A stretch of DNA of 58,380 bases, the filler included, from Sphacelaria rigidula (lineage: Eukaryota): the NCBI GenBank assembly GCA_964200075.2. It is 6 parts of 6 records of this genome, joined end to end, with 100 filler letters (N's around TTAATTAATTAA, not from the genome) between each part and the next. Parts side by side here need not be neighbours in the genome. Positions count along the whole stretch, not along the records: positions 19,497 to 29,143 come from CAXNAA020008041.1; positions 29,244 to 38,889 come from CAXNAA020008042.1; 4 more parts are not named here. One strand, given 5' to 3'. The translations under genes and the position numbers were made by a program. Numbering within the stretch: the stretch's first letter is position 1; every line of letters begins with the position of its first letter. The notes beneath the pieces were generated by a model. The model made no database searches, had not been told where the DNA came from, and saw nothing but the letters and a program-made list of their open reading frames with translations. Positions 26,601 to 35,542 of the stretch are shown piece after piece.

Positions 26601-28980
26601 GCAAGATTCTCGACCGGCCATCGCCCCAGTTCTGGGGCCAAGGTACGGTTTGCCTGTTGATACCTAACCCATTCGCCAGGAAGAACCACGATCCTACAGA
26701 AACCGGTGCTGATGCTGTAGGGTTGAGTACGAGCTTCTGTACGGCCCAGGACGACGGGCTCATCTATTGGCCCGGTGAATATTTTGACACATGGGACATA
26801 TCGTGACGTGACTGAAACAACCAATCAAAGAAGACACTCGAATCTGCTGGCCCAAAAACACAAAATATGTGACCGCGGACTCAGGAAAGCCAAAACGCAT
26901 ACTGAGAATAAGTAATTTTCAGACTGATCATGATCCGTCCGACGTGTGGAATATTTTGGGCGACGGGTCAGATGTGAAGGGGTGAGTCTCGGCTCGTCAT
27001 GCGTCATGGCAGCGGTCTGGTTCTGCTTGGGAAGCCCTCATGCTTAGGTCGTCGTCGCCGCCGTCTGTGGTTTTCTGATCGATGTGTTGCCGCCGCAACA
27101 GATTGAGATTTGGTCTTGTACACTGTGCCTGTATGTCTTCTTCGCGTTGGCTTGACGCTGCTCGTCCTGCCAGCGTGTGCATCGGCACCTGCACCATGAT
27201 CGTTGGGCAGAGAGTGGTGGGCCATGACCTATGCAGAAGCATCAACGATGCCCTTCGGAGAGTGAACATAATTGCCGAGTAATTACGTTTGTCAGCATTT
27301 CATATAATGTTGTACTACCGTCTGGGTGCAGATACCCCACTACCTGGTCACCAACCCAACCTCATGGTCTACAACCCCGGAAAATTCCTTCGGAATATTC
27401 GCCGGTTGAGGCGCATAATCTTCATCGCCAAGTACTCAGATTTCGAGCTCAGGCTGATCTCTGAGCTTGAAATACAATACACCAATATACCACGATGAAT
27501 TTAATCATTTTGACTCGATATTTGTTTTTGCATGCATGTTGCCACACACACCCCCCTTCCTCCCCCCCCATCCCCCATTTTTCTACACGCTTGCGTATTT
27601 TTTGCGGTAACGATGACGGTCGAGGTAGATCATGTTGTGCGGGGTGGGAGAACCTTATTTCCGCGCGAACGGAGACGATTGTGGTAGGTAGTGTTAACAT
27701 GATGAGACACCCATGAAGCAGTGTGGAACCCATGGCTTGTCTCTGGATTTGGTGATACCAGAAAATGTAACCACTCATCGCAGGCCGTCATTCAAACGCA
27801 AGATAATCAGTACGCTCCAGGCCGAACAATCTTGGCAGGATACAGCTCACCCTTCGTGCGACCGGTTGTACACATCACGGTGCTTCGCGCTTGGTGATCG
27901 ATTGCGAGCCCGGTCGGGCGAGAGGCCGGCGTGCTCCGTCCCGGCTATATAGGGGTGCGAGGTCAACGGTCATATGATTACGGCATGCATGCAAGATCAT
28001 GAGTACACCCTCCCCCCCCCGCCACGCCGCTTCGTTCGCGCCGCGTACTCTAGTGTGGGGCAGGTGCAAGGATGCGTTCGGGCAGGACTGGGGAGTGTGC
28101 GAGCCACCCTCTGGACCTCCCCCAAGCAAGGAGGACATGGCAATCGATATACAGTTTGGCGAGAAATATCAGTGGCAGTGGTCCTGGGTGATTGAAGATG
28201 TGCCCAAGATGTACTGCTTCGGGCAGGTAGGAGAAAATCGGTGCAGCAGCGTTATCATTCTGTTCGGGGGTGAGGGTTGGGGGTTGGATAGCAGTAAATG
28301 ACCCCTGTGTCGTAAAGTGATTTGGGGGTGAAGCTCATAAGGGCATGAGGTTTGATGAGCACAGTATAATAGTCTAGGAATCTCGCGACCTCAAGCTCAT
28401 GAACGCTTGCCAACGGAAACAAACAACTGACTAGAATCGGAAGCATACCCAGCTATTAGCAAGATTTGCTGTACTCTCCTCCATCCTAGATCTTCCTCGC
28501 CCCCCTATCCTCGAACAAACTATAATATCGATTCAGGTGCGTACATCCTTGACAGAGGGATCGGAAATCTCGGCCGCCTGTGCCGAAATGATCCCTGTGG
28601 CTTCCGCAGAGGCAGGAAAGAGGGGTCTCCAGAGCGTGGGCCCGCCCATTTGTGGCTATTTCGCGTGGGACCCCAAAGAAGGCGGTGAAACGAAGCTGAC
28701 GGTTGGCGTCAACGTCGCCGGGGACTCTTCTCACGTGGAGGCGGCAGAGGGGGACGATGGGTTTGGCATCCGCTCCTTGGGTGGGGTGAAGTGCGCCACC
28801 GTGACCCATGTAGGCCCGTACAGCGAGCTCAAAGGTGTCTATAACGCCACGTTCGAGTGGATCGCCGCTAGAGGGTACGAGAGCAAGATGCCGGTGGTTG
28901 AAATTCATGAGGATGGACCTCCGGATGTTGAACCCGCCAATTTCAGGACTAAGATCTGTGTTCCGATTGTCCGCAAGTAG
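20663..28980 (+). CDS. Tandem PhnB-like VOC (glyoxalase/bleomycin-resistance fold) x2 + GyrI-like small-molecule-binding domain fusion protein (~443 aa)
   Basis: Exons (20663-20665 ATG, tentative), 20816-21022, 23248-23360, 25335-25536, 26453-26642, 28054-28226, 28537-28980. All introns are GT-AG with compatible phases (0,0,2,0,1,0) and there is no internal stop. VOC1: NLVVDSADKVVESLGKVFGA..NGKIMHLAL..LHLNVED..QFWGSIYGEFEDPFGLVWSV. VOC2: LMPFAMVHNATEYIKFLQDVLDA..NGKIMWAEL..QFWGQVWGRCKDAFGQDW. GyrI: GPPICGY..CATVTHVGPYSELKGVYNATFEWIAARGY..VVEIH..TKICVPI. Confidence 0.85.
20816..21022 (+). CDS. VOC-VOC-GyrI gene exon (VOC1 N-half)
   Basis: gcag|CTG...GAGAAG|gtaaag; LPPQRGIVVNLVVDSADKVVESLGKVFGAREYFRSPDSNGKIMHLALDMGGVSMFVVE. 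Confidence 0.85.
21848..22190. mobile_element. Foldback MITE in an intron (long inverted arms)
   Basis: AGGTTCAACTCAAAAGCCGTGCTTTCCCTGACCTAA... pairs with ...TTAGGTCAGGGAAAGCACGACTTTTGAGTTGAACCT; imperfect arms of ~150 bp; no clear target-site duplication (TSD). Confidence 0.8.
22715..22782 (+). repeat. Degenerate tRNA-like/SINE head
   Basis: A-box-like TGTCCAAGTGGT and B-box-like GAGTTCGTATCC, but no intact cloverleaf. Confidence 0.4.
23248..23360 (+). CDS. VOC-VOC-GyrI gene exon (VOC1 C-half); not in the ORF track
   Basis: ttag|GCG...AGCAT|gtacgt; AHARLHLNVEDPMSVAEKMVKAGCKTITKCEKQFWGS. Confidence 0.85.
23491..23900. mobile_element. hAT-type MITE
   Basis: TIRs CAAGGGCGGGTCGAGTAGAGT / ACTCTACCCGACCTGCCCTTG; perfect 8-bp TSD AAGTATTG (23483-23490, 23901-23908); internal TTGAGTAGAGTATT repeats. 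Confidence 0.9.
24215..24580. mobile_element. hAT-like MITE
   Basis: TIRs TAGAGCTCGG / CCGAGCTCTA; the right end plus flank is tandemly duplicated (24535-24688 vs 24702-24855). Confidence 0.6.
25335..25536 (+). CDS. VOC-VOC-GyrI gene exon (end of VOC1, start of VOC2)
   Basis: ccag|CTAC...GGCAAG|gtgagt; YGEFEDPFGLVWSVSD..LMPFAMVHNATEYIKFLQDVLDATPTMEPVKQSNGK. Confidence 0.87.
26453..26642 (+). CDS. VOC-VOC-GyrI gene exon (VOC2 core)
   Basis: tcag|ATT...CAAG|gtacgg; IMWAELMINGGKCAVSD..CDAFKAGGGKILDRPSPQFWGQ. Confidence 0.85.
27690..28022 (+). mobile_element. Poly(C)-tailed retroposon copy (subfamily A) in an intron
   Basis: Homologous to 1729-2011 and 19057-19396; ends CATGAGTACACCCTCCCCCCCC. 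Confidence 0.75.
28054..28226 (+). CDS. VOC-VOC-GyrI gene exon (end of VOC2, linker, start of GyrI)
   Basis: ctag|TG...GGGCAG|gtagga; VWGRCKDAFGQDWGVCEPPSGPPPSKED..WVIEDVPKMYCFGQ. Confidence 0.82.
28537..28980 (+). CDS. VOC-VOC-GyrI gene last exon (GyrI-like domain)
   Basis: tcag|GTG...TAG; 147 codons with GyrI/AraC effector-binding motifs THVGPYSEL, YNATFEWI, VVEIHED, TKICVPI. Confidence 0.88.
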   Translation: MRTSLTEGSEISAACAEMIPVASAEAGKRGLQSVGPPICGYFAWDPKEGGETKLTVGVNVAGDSSHVEAAEGDDGFGIRSLGGVKCATVTHVGPYSELKGVYNATFEWIAARGYESKMPVVEIHEDGPPDVEPANFRTKICVPIVRK

Positions 28981-29143
28981 GTGAACTGAAGGGCATTCAT
29001 GCCCCATTACGTGATTCTTCGCCACCGGCTTGGGTTGGGCGGCTGTTCGCCGGAGGTCGGGAGAAGAGGGTGGGGGCGTGTTCTTATGATCTTGCATGCC
29101 ATAGTCATGAGATAGTTGACATCAGGGGGGGGGGGGGGGGGGT

Positions 29144-29243
29144 NNNNNNNNNNNNNNNNNNNNNNNNNNNNNNNNNNNNNNNNNNNNTTAATTAATTAAN
29201 NNNNNNNNNNNNNNNNNNNNNNNNNNNNNNNNNNNNNNNNNNN
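29144..29243. other. Artificial scaffold linker
   Basis: 44N-TTAATTAATTAA(29188-29199)-44N. Confidence 0.98.
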
Positions 29244-29284
29244 CCCCTATCGTAGGATGACTCTCAGAGACAAACGGTTTCACT

Positions 29285-30195
29285 TTGTTCGACAAGACTG
29301 ACCCCATGGTTGTACACGAATCGACTGATGCGCCTGACACAAACCCTCTGACTGCCTTACTAGATACATTCTCGCCAGAGCAACGTGTTAGTTTTCAACG
29401 ATTATGGGATGAAATTCCCCCCCATTTGAGACACATTGCGTTTGATTTATCTGGTGAGGATTGGACACCCACGGTGATTGATCGGTTGCGCTCCATCTTG
29501 ATATGATACTCTGAACGGTTTTCCAAATCGTCAGCAGATTTAGGCCGCTGCAACACTACACCGTTCACAATCAACATTCCTGATGGTACGACACCTATCG
29601 CCATGCGTCCATACCGTACAAGCCCTCTTCTAGCGGGTAAAATTCAAGTAATCCTCGACGAATACTTGTCCGCCGGGTTAATATGGCACTCAACGTCTCC
29701 GTGGGCCTCGCCGTTGGTAGTCGTTCGGAAGAAGAATGGTAAGATCCGACTGACCGTCAATTATCAACGATTGAACGCAGTCATCCAAATCGCACGTCTA
29801 CCTCTTCCCCGGATAGATGAGATCACCGACTCCCTCGGCGGGGGCAAAGTTATTTTTCGAACTTCGACATGCAGTCCGGTTACCACCAACTGGTGATGGA
29901 TCCGCACTCTATCGAGCTGACAACGTTTTGCACCCCGTCAGGTCTATATGGGTGGCTGGTCACTCCACAAGGTGCCGCCGGCGCGCCAGGAGCGTTTCAA
30001 CGTGTGATGTTTCGCGTCATTGATGGATTGTCCAAATACCGCATGTACCTCAACGATGCGGTGGTTCACAGCAGTGCACGTGCTGAGTATGTCGAACAGT
30101 TGGCGTCCTTCTTTGCTCGTTTTGAACAACACAATTTGAAGCTCGCCCCATCCAAATCCCGCATTGGAGCCACGCGCATCGGGTTCCTAGGCCAT
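29285..30195 (+). pseudogene. Gypsy reverse transcriptase (disrupted)
   Basis: RPYRTS..SPWASPLVVVRKKNGKIRLTVNYQRLN, SGYHQL, PQGAAGAPGAFQRVM, YLND (YxDD mutated, 30046-30057), KLAPSKS..FLGH; stop at 29504-29506 and frameshift near 29855; connection and RNase H domains missing. Confidence 0.9.
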
Positions 30196-30829
30196 TCTCA
30201 CTCAACGGCACCCCGGCACTTCTTGAAAATAAGCTTACGCCTTCGGCTCACGCTTTTGTATTGGGCAGTTTGGCCCCACGATCGTTGTGTTCACTTGGAG
30301 ATGAAGTTCGTGCAACTACCGGCGGGTATGATCAATTTCGTGCGTATGATCATCGGATGGTTTGCACTGTAAAGCCGGTTTCTACTGACTGCGTCCTCCC
30401 GGTTCAAGTCCGAGACCTTATCTCGAGCCGGACCCGAGGACGCCGGGCCGCAGAAACGGCTGCCGCCCTGGCAGCAGCCGGCCCAGGCCTCCCCATCCCC
30501 AACCCCAACCCCATTCCAGTACCCGATGGCCTCCTTGCGCCCCCGTTCCCTCCACGGCGCAAAGCTCCCAGACAATCGACACCTTCCAAACCACCTCTGC
30601 CGACCATAGTCGAGACCTCGACTGTGCCTTCCCCACCCCCTGATGGTACCACCTCCGGTACCACACCATCCGACACCCTCCATAACGTAGGAATAAAGGT
30701 GAAGGTTCCGTTTGAGAATACACTGACCACCCTTTCTGCCCTTGATCCAAAAAACGCCTCGTGTCCACCCCACAGCGATTCGATCCCCTGCGGTTTGGAC
30801 AACCCCTCTGACACTGTATTCAAGGAACT

Positions 30830-33024
30830 GACCCTCTTTTCTCACGCCGATTGGGCCCGGGAACAGCAAGCTGAACCTGCTTGTAATGCAGCTATACGTT
30901 ATCTATCCAAGGATGCCCCTCCCCCTTCCCAGAAACTGAGTTCCTTTTGCCAGTAGGGCCCCACCGAGCCCCCACACAGGATGAAGTTACTGAATTATCG
31001 CGTAAAGGCATGCTTTACACGGATGATGATGGCGTTGTTCTTTTAGTTCACCGGCCCCCCACGAACCCTCCTAGAGGGACATCTACAAGTAGTCACTCCC
31101 GTTCGTTGGGTGATACCCCCGTACGTATTTATGTTCCGATGCTTCTGCGTCCATGGGTTCTCCATGAATGCCACTCGCAAGCATCCACACATCTGGGCGT
31201 CGCTAGGATATTTCAGATGCTTCAACGTTTCTTTTGGTGGATTTGTATGGACCAATGTGTGCGTTGGTGGGTTCGGCGGTGTCTTCTTTGCCAAGCACGC
31301 AAAACTTCACGTCAAACAGTTCGATGGCCGGTAATCTCTATGCCCCTTCCCAATGGGCCTGGTGAAATAGTTTCATGCGACTACTTTGGCCCCCTGCCCC
31401 TCACTGGTAGTGGTAACAAGTACATTTTGTTGTTTTCGGATCGGTTCAGTCGACATGCTGTGATGAATGCTGTTTCGGAGGCCAATTATAGTGCAGAAGG
31501 AACTTCCAATGTCCTTGTGTACACATACATCCCTCAGTGAGGTGTTCCCAAACGTTTGTTATCCGATAACGGCCCACATTTTGCCGGCAAACTTTCTGCC
31601 GTGATCAGTGATCTCCTGGGTGCCCATCGTATTTTTACTAGTTCATACCATGCGTCCACAAACGGTGGGGCCGAACGAGTGAATCACACAATGGCGAAAA
31701 TTCTTGCCACAGTGACCAATGAGCGACAAACGGACTGGGACCTGCATTTACCCCTTGTCCAAATGAACTACAACAACTCCGTCAATGCCGCCACAGGCTT
31801 GGCTCCCAATGAAGTTCATATTGGTCGTATGCCCAGGCTGCCTTTGACAGTGTTCGATAGGAAACCCCCTGGTGGTCATCAGAGTTTCGATCGGGATATC
31901 GTGGAGGATCATACGTCTGTTAGTAATCGTCTTCGTCTTGCATATGAGGTGGTACGGGAGCAGACCTTGATCAACGCAGCAAAACTAAGGCAAACCGCGT
32001 GTTGGATGATGCAGTGAACAACAGTCCGGTGTACAAAGTAGGTGACTGGGCATGGATGTATAACGATGTGAGAACTGTAACCCAAGGTGCAAGCTCTGCA
32101 AAGTCGTCGTCGGATAAGGTGTTGAAGTCGAAGCTTTGCTTGAATTGGACTGGTCCTTGGAAGATTTTGGCAGTTGGGCCCTGTGATACCGCACCTGACG
32201 ATAAACCAGCAGGTGAGAAGCATTTTTATTTGGATTTTCCCACGGATGAACCTGGCGTCAAACTCAAAAACCGGGTCTCGATGCTTCGGTGCAAGCCATG
32301 TCTGCCCCCTCACGACACTAGTGATCTGCCCAAGCAATTGCCTATGGGGCTCAGTCAGTATGTGCTAACCAGGAATGCGACGAAATCCACACCCTACCAC
32401 ATGACGGTTGAAGACGCTGACGGTCCTCTTGAACGTGTAGTGGTAGATCGCATCTCGGGCCATCAATTGGTTCGAGGTCGAGGCGGTAAAATTGCGGTTA
32501 TGTATCAGACTCACTGGAAAGGTCTCATGCTTATTACGTGGGAACGGGAGGAGGATTTGCGTCATTTTCGAAGAGATATACTTTTATATTGGGTCGGAGA
32601 TGTCGTCCAACACCGCCCGTTGAACAAACGATATAGGTCTATGCGAAAAGGCGCGGCAGCTCGTGAACTGGCCCGGGAACACTCGGCACGATTTGTCATT
32701 TCGGGCTTTAGTCTTATTTCTCGTTCGCAATACCTGCGCTCTTTTACGAAGAAAAGTTTGCCGAAAGGTGCATATTTTTGGTACAGGGCTATGGATTCGC
32801 GGTGGTGGCTGGGGAAGATTCATTTGATAGATCCTGAGGCGGACGATTCGTACTACATCCGCTTCCTCGATGACCCGGGTCCTCTCAAGATCCGTTTCAA
32901 CGACGAATACTACACCGAGATGCCGACCGCTCGCCGAGGATCTTGGTGCCTACAACCACACGACAAAGGGGACATCGACACAGCTATCTTGCGCAACCCC
33001 GACACGGCGTGGGACACGAAATAA
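30830..33024 (+). pseudogene. Gypsy integrase with GPY/F motif, chromodomain and a C-terminal Tudor/SH3-like domain (disrupted)
   Basis: HHCC (ECHSQASTHLG..RRCLLCQ), DDE (VSCDYFGP, LSDNG, GGAERVN), NWTGPWKI, chromodomain VVDRISGHQLVR..MYQTHWKG..TWEREEDL; TGA at 31538-31540; frameshifts near 30950 and 32000. Confidence 0.9.
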
Positions 33025-34908
33025 TCTTGATAGCGAATTGCGTTCCTTCCGATTTTATTCGCGTTCTTTGAACCCCCCCTGTTTTTTTCTTGTCGTTGGT
33101 GTCGTTTTCTCAAGTACCATCGCGAGTCGGTTGTCTGCGTTTGTCCCTACCGCCAATCGTAGTCCCCCTGGTCTCGTCGTGTTTTTTTTTCAAAATTCCC
33201 CCTGGTTCCCCTTGTTCTCTCGTGGTCTCGTTTCCTTGAACACCGTGTAGCCCGGTTGCCCACGTTTCCCTCGGCGGTACCCAGTAGCCGCGTATGTCTG
33301 TTCTGTAGTGAACCGGTGCCGCGTATGCCTGTTCCTGTATGCTTTTGTGTTCTCTTTTCCTTGTTTTTGTGTTTTTCGTTCTTGCGTTTTTTCTCGTTTT
33401 TCGTTCTTTTGTTTTTTCTTGTTTTCTGTTTTGTTTTTTTGTTCTGTCCTGTTTCCCCTTCTTCCTCCCCTCGCATGGTCACCTGTTTTCCTTGTTTCTG
33501 TCCTTAGTTTTGCTTTTTGTTGTATTCGGAGGTGGCCGACGCACACCGTTGGTATTCTTCAGCACGTCCCGTACAACCCCTTCTCGGAGCACATACCCTG
33601 TGTGTGCGATTGTCCAACCACGTCCGCCATCAACCTCATCAACGGACTGGTTCTTTCGGCGTACCCTGTTATTCGTTTCCCCCCTACTCTTTTCTTTGTT
33701 TTGTGTGTGTGTTTTTTTTTGTTTTTGTTTTTACGGCTTAATACCGTTGGACTCACGTCGGCTTTCGATGCCCGGGTTATGTGTTGCGTGTCCAACAAGC
33801 CCTCTCCTTGAGTACCGTCGCAGATTCTGTGTAATTGCTCGCTGTATCAGGTGTCCCATGTTCGGGGATATTTCTTTTCTCTTGAATAATGTTGGGTTCC
33901 GTTCCTACAACAGTCCGCCGAAACAAAAAGAAAAATTCGTTTTGTTTTTCGCAGTCTCGAGGTCGTACATCCGGTCCGCCGCTTCGGAAACCAGTACGGT
34001 GGTTCGTTTTTGTTGTAGGGTTATTGCTGGCGAATTATCACGTTGATGTGCTCGGCGGGAGTTTATCCTCCCGTTTCTATGCCCACCCTCTCGATTTTCT
34101 CGTCTGAACGGGCATGTCTCTGAGAGCGGACCGCATCGGCCCCTCTTTCTGTATACTTGCCGTGGTTCACCACGAACGCATCGGATTACCCGCCTTGGAT
34201 TTATCTCCTACGGTTGTGTGTTATTCGTTGACGCTTTGTGGGACGATATGGGCACCTTTTCAATTCGATGGGCCGCCCTTCATCGTCACGTTGGTGAATC
34301 ATGTTGTCTCACGGCTGCATGTTGATTTTGGTTTCCGGTGTCTTTCGCGCAGCGATTTTCTTTTCCCGCTTGAGCATTCAACACCGTCGCGTTCTACTGA
34401 TGAACGAAGTGTACGATCGTTTGTGCTTCCCCCGTACTGTGAAACGCCTTGGCGGGCTGCTTAACAACCTCTGACAGCGGAACTGGACGTCTATTGAGAC
34501 ATGATTTCCCCTTCGCATGATAGCAGTCATACTTTATATCAAGGTTTTGTAGCGGATGGACTACCGGCTTGTTTTTTTTGCTGCTTTAGTTTTTGTTTTT
34601 ATATTTTTTATGGCGGATTTGTCCTAGATTCCCGGATATTTCATAGCTTCTGGCGCTATTTTTCCGAAGGTTGTCGATTCTTGCGTTTTTCACACCCTTC
34701 GGATTTTTCTTTTTTTTCCATATATCGTGTCGCCCTCTGAGTCCCCGTCACAGTACTCCCCCCTTAACGTGTCTCACATTTTCTTTTAATTATGGTATCT
34801 TGTTTTTCTTTTTTTAATTTTTTCTGTGGGTAAAGCAATGGAATGTGTGGGTAAATCAACCTCGTTTCACTGCGTTCTCCTGCGATTGCTTTACCCATTG
34901 GAGGCTAG

Positions 34909-35542
34909 TGTGGTATGATGTGACTGCAGGACGTAGCCATGATCTTGGGCAAAAGCGACATTGAATGATGGACATTTTCATGCTCAATTAGCGGAGAATT
35001 CGATGCCCCTTGAGGTTGACGTTCTACGAAGAGCATGTATTTGAATTTAAAAAAAGGTAGTGACCCAACCATGGCATTAATTGAGGAGAACGGCTTTTGG
35101 GATTGTATGGTATGACCTTAGCTATGTTGATTTAGGGGGCGGCGAAGCGCGTTCACAATAGCAGCCCCTACGATCACTCTCTCTTCTCATCTCGGTTTTT
35201 GGCTGCGATTCACTACTTTCTCCATTTGAGTATCTACAAGCCGCGATAAAGTGAGTCCCAGAGATAAGAGCAGTAATCGGGCTGCTGTTTTTTCTGGTGT
35301 GTTCTATTTATATAGGTTTCGGCTTGTTTCGGTTTGTGTTGTACCCCCCTGTTCTTTAGATGAGGTTAGATACAGCTAATTGCGTGATAAAAGTGCTACT
35401 CTGGTCTGTATTATTTGCTCATTGTCTCCTTGTGCGAAAACAACATGAGAGCGACTGTGGTCAGCCCGCGCTGTTGAGCTGAGTAAACAAACAACGTACG
35501 CAGAGGTCTGAACCTGGAACAACCTTGGTGAACACCATTACA
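34909..35542 (+). repeat. LTR of the Gypsy element (single copy in the scaffold)
   Basis: Begins TGT after purine-rich GGAGGCTAG (PPT-like, 34900-34908) and ends CATTACA; TATA-like TATTTATATA at 35305-35314; lies between the pol 3' UTR and the leader preceding protease. Confidence 0.65.

Noticed and set aside
27173-27261. Extra cassette exon in the VOC-GyrI gene
   Set aside because: In the required phase it hits a stop codon, and 26642 joins 28054 cleanly to complete the FWG..WG..D.FG..W motif
28537-33024. Functional linkage of the VOC-GyrI gene to the adjacent RT/integrase (retron/DGR-like system)
   Set aside because: They lie on different scaffolds separated by an artificial linker, and the RT is an ordinary decayed Gypsy RT
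33147-34046. Long Phe/Cys-rich or Lys-rich ORFs (possible env-like or membrane protein)
   Set aside because: T-rich low-complexity 3' UTR of the retrotransposon, open in several frames at once with no motif
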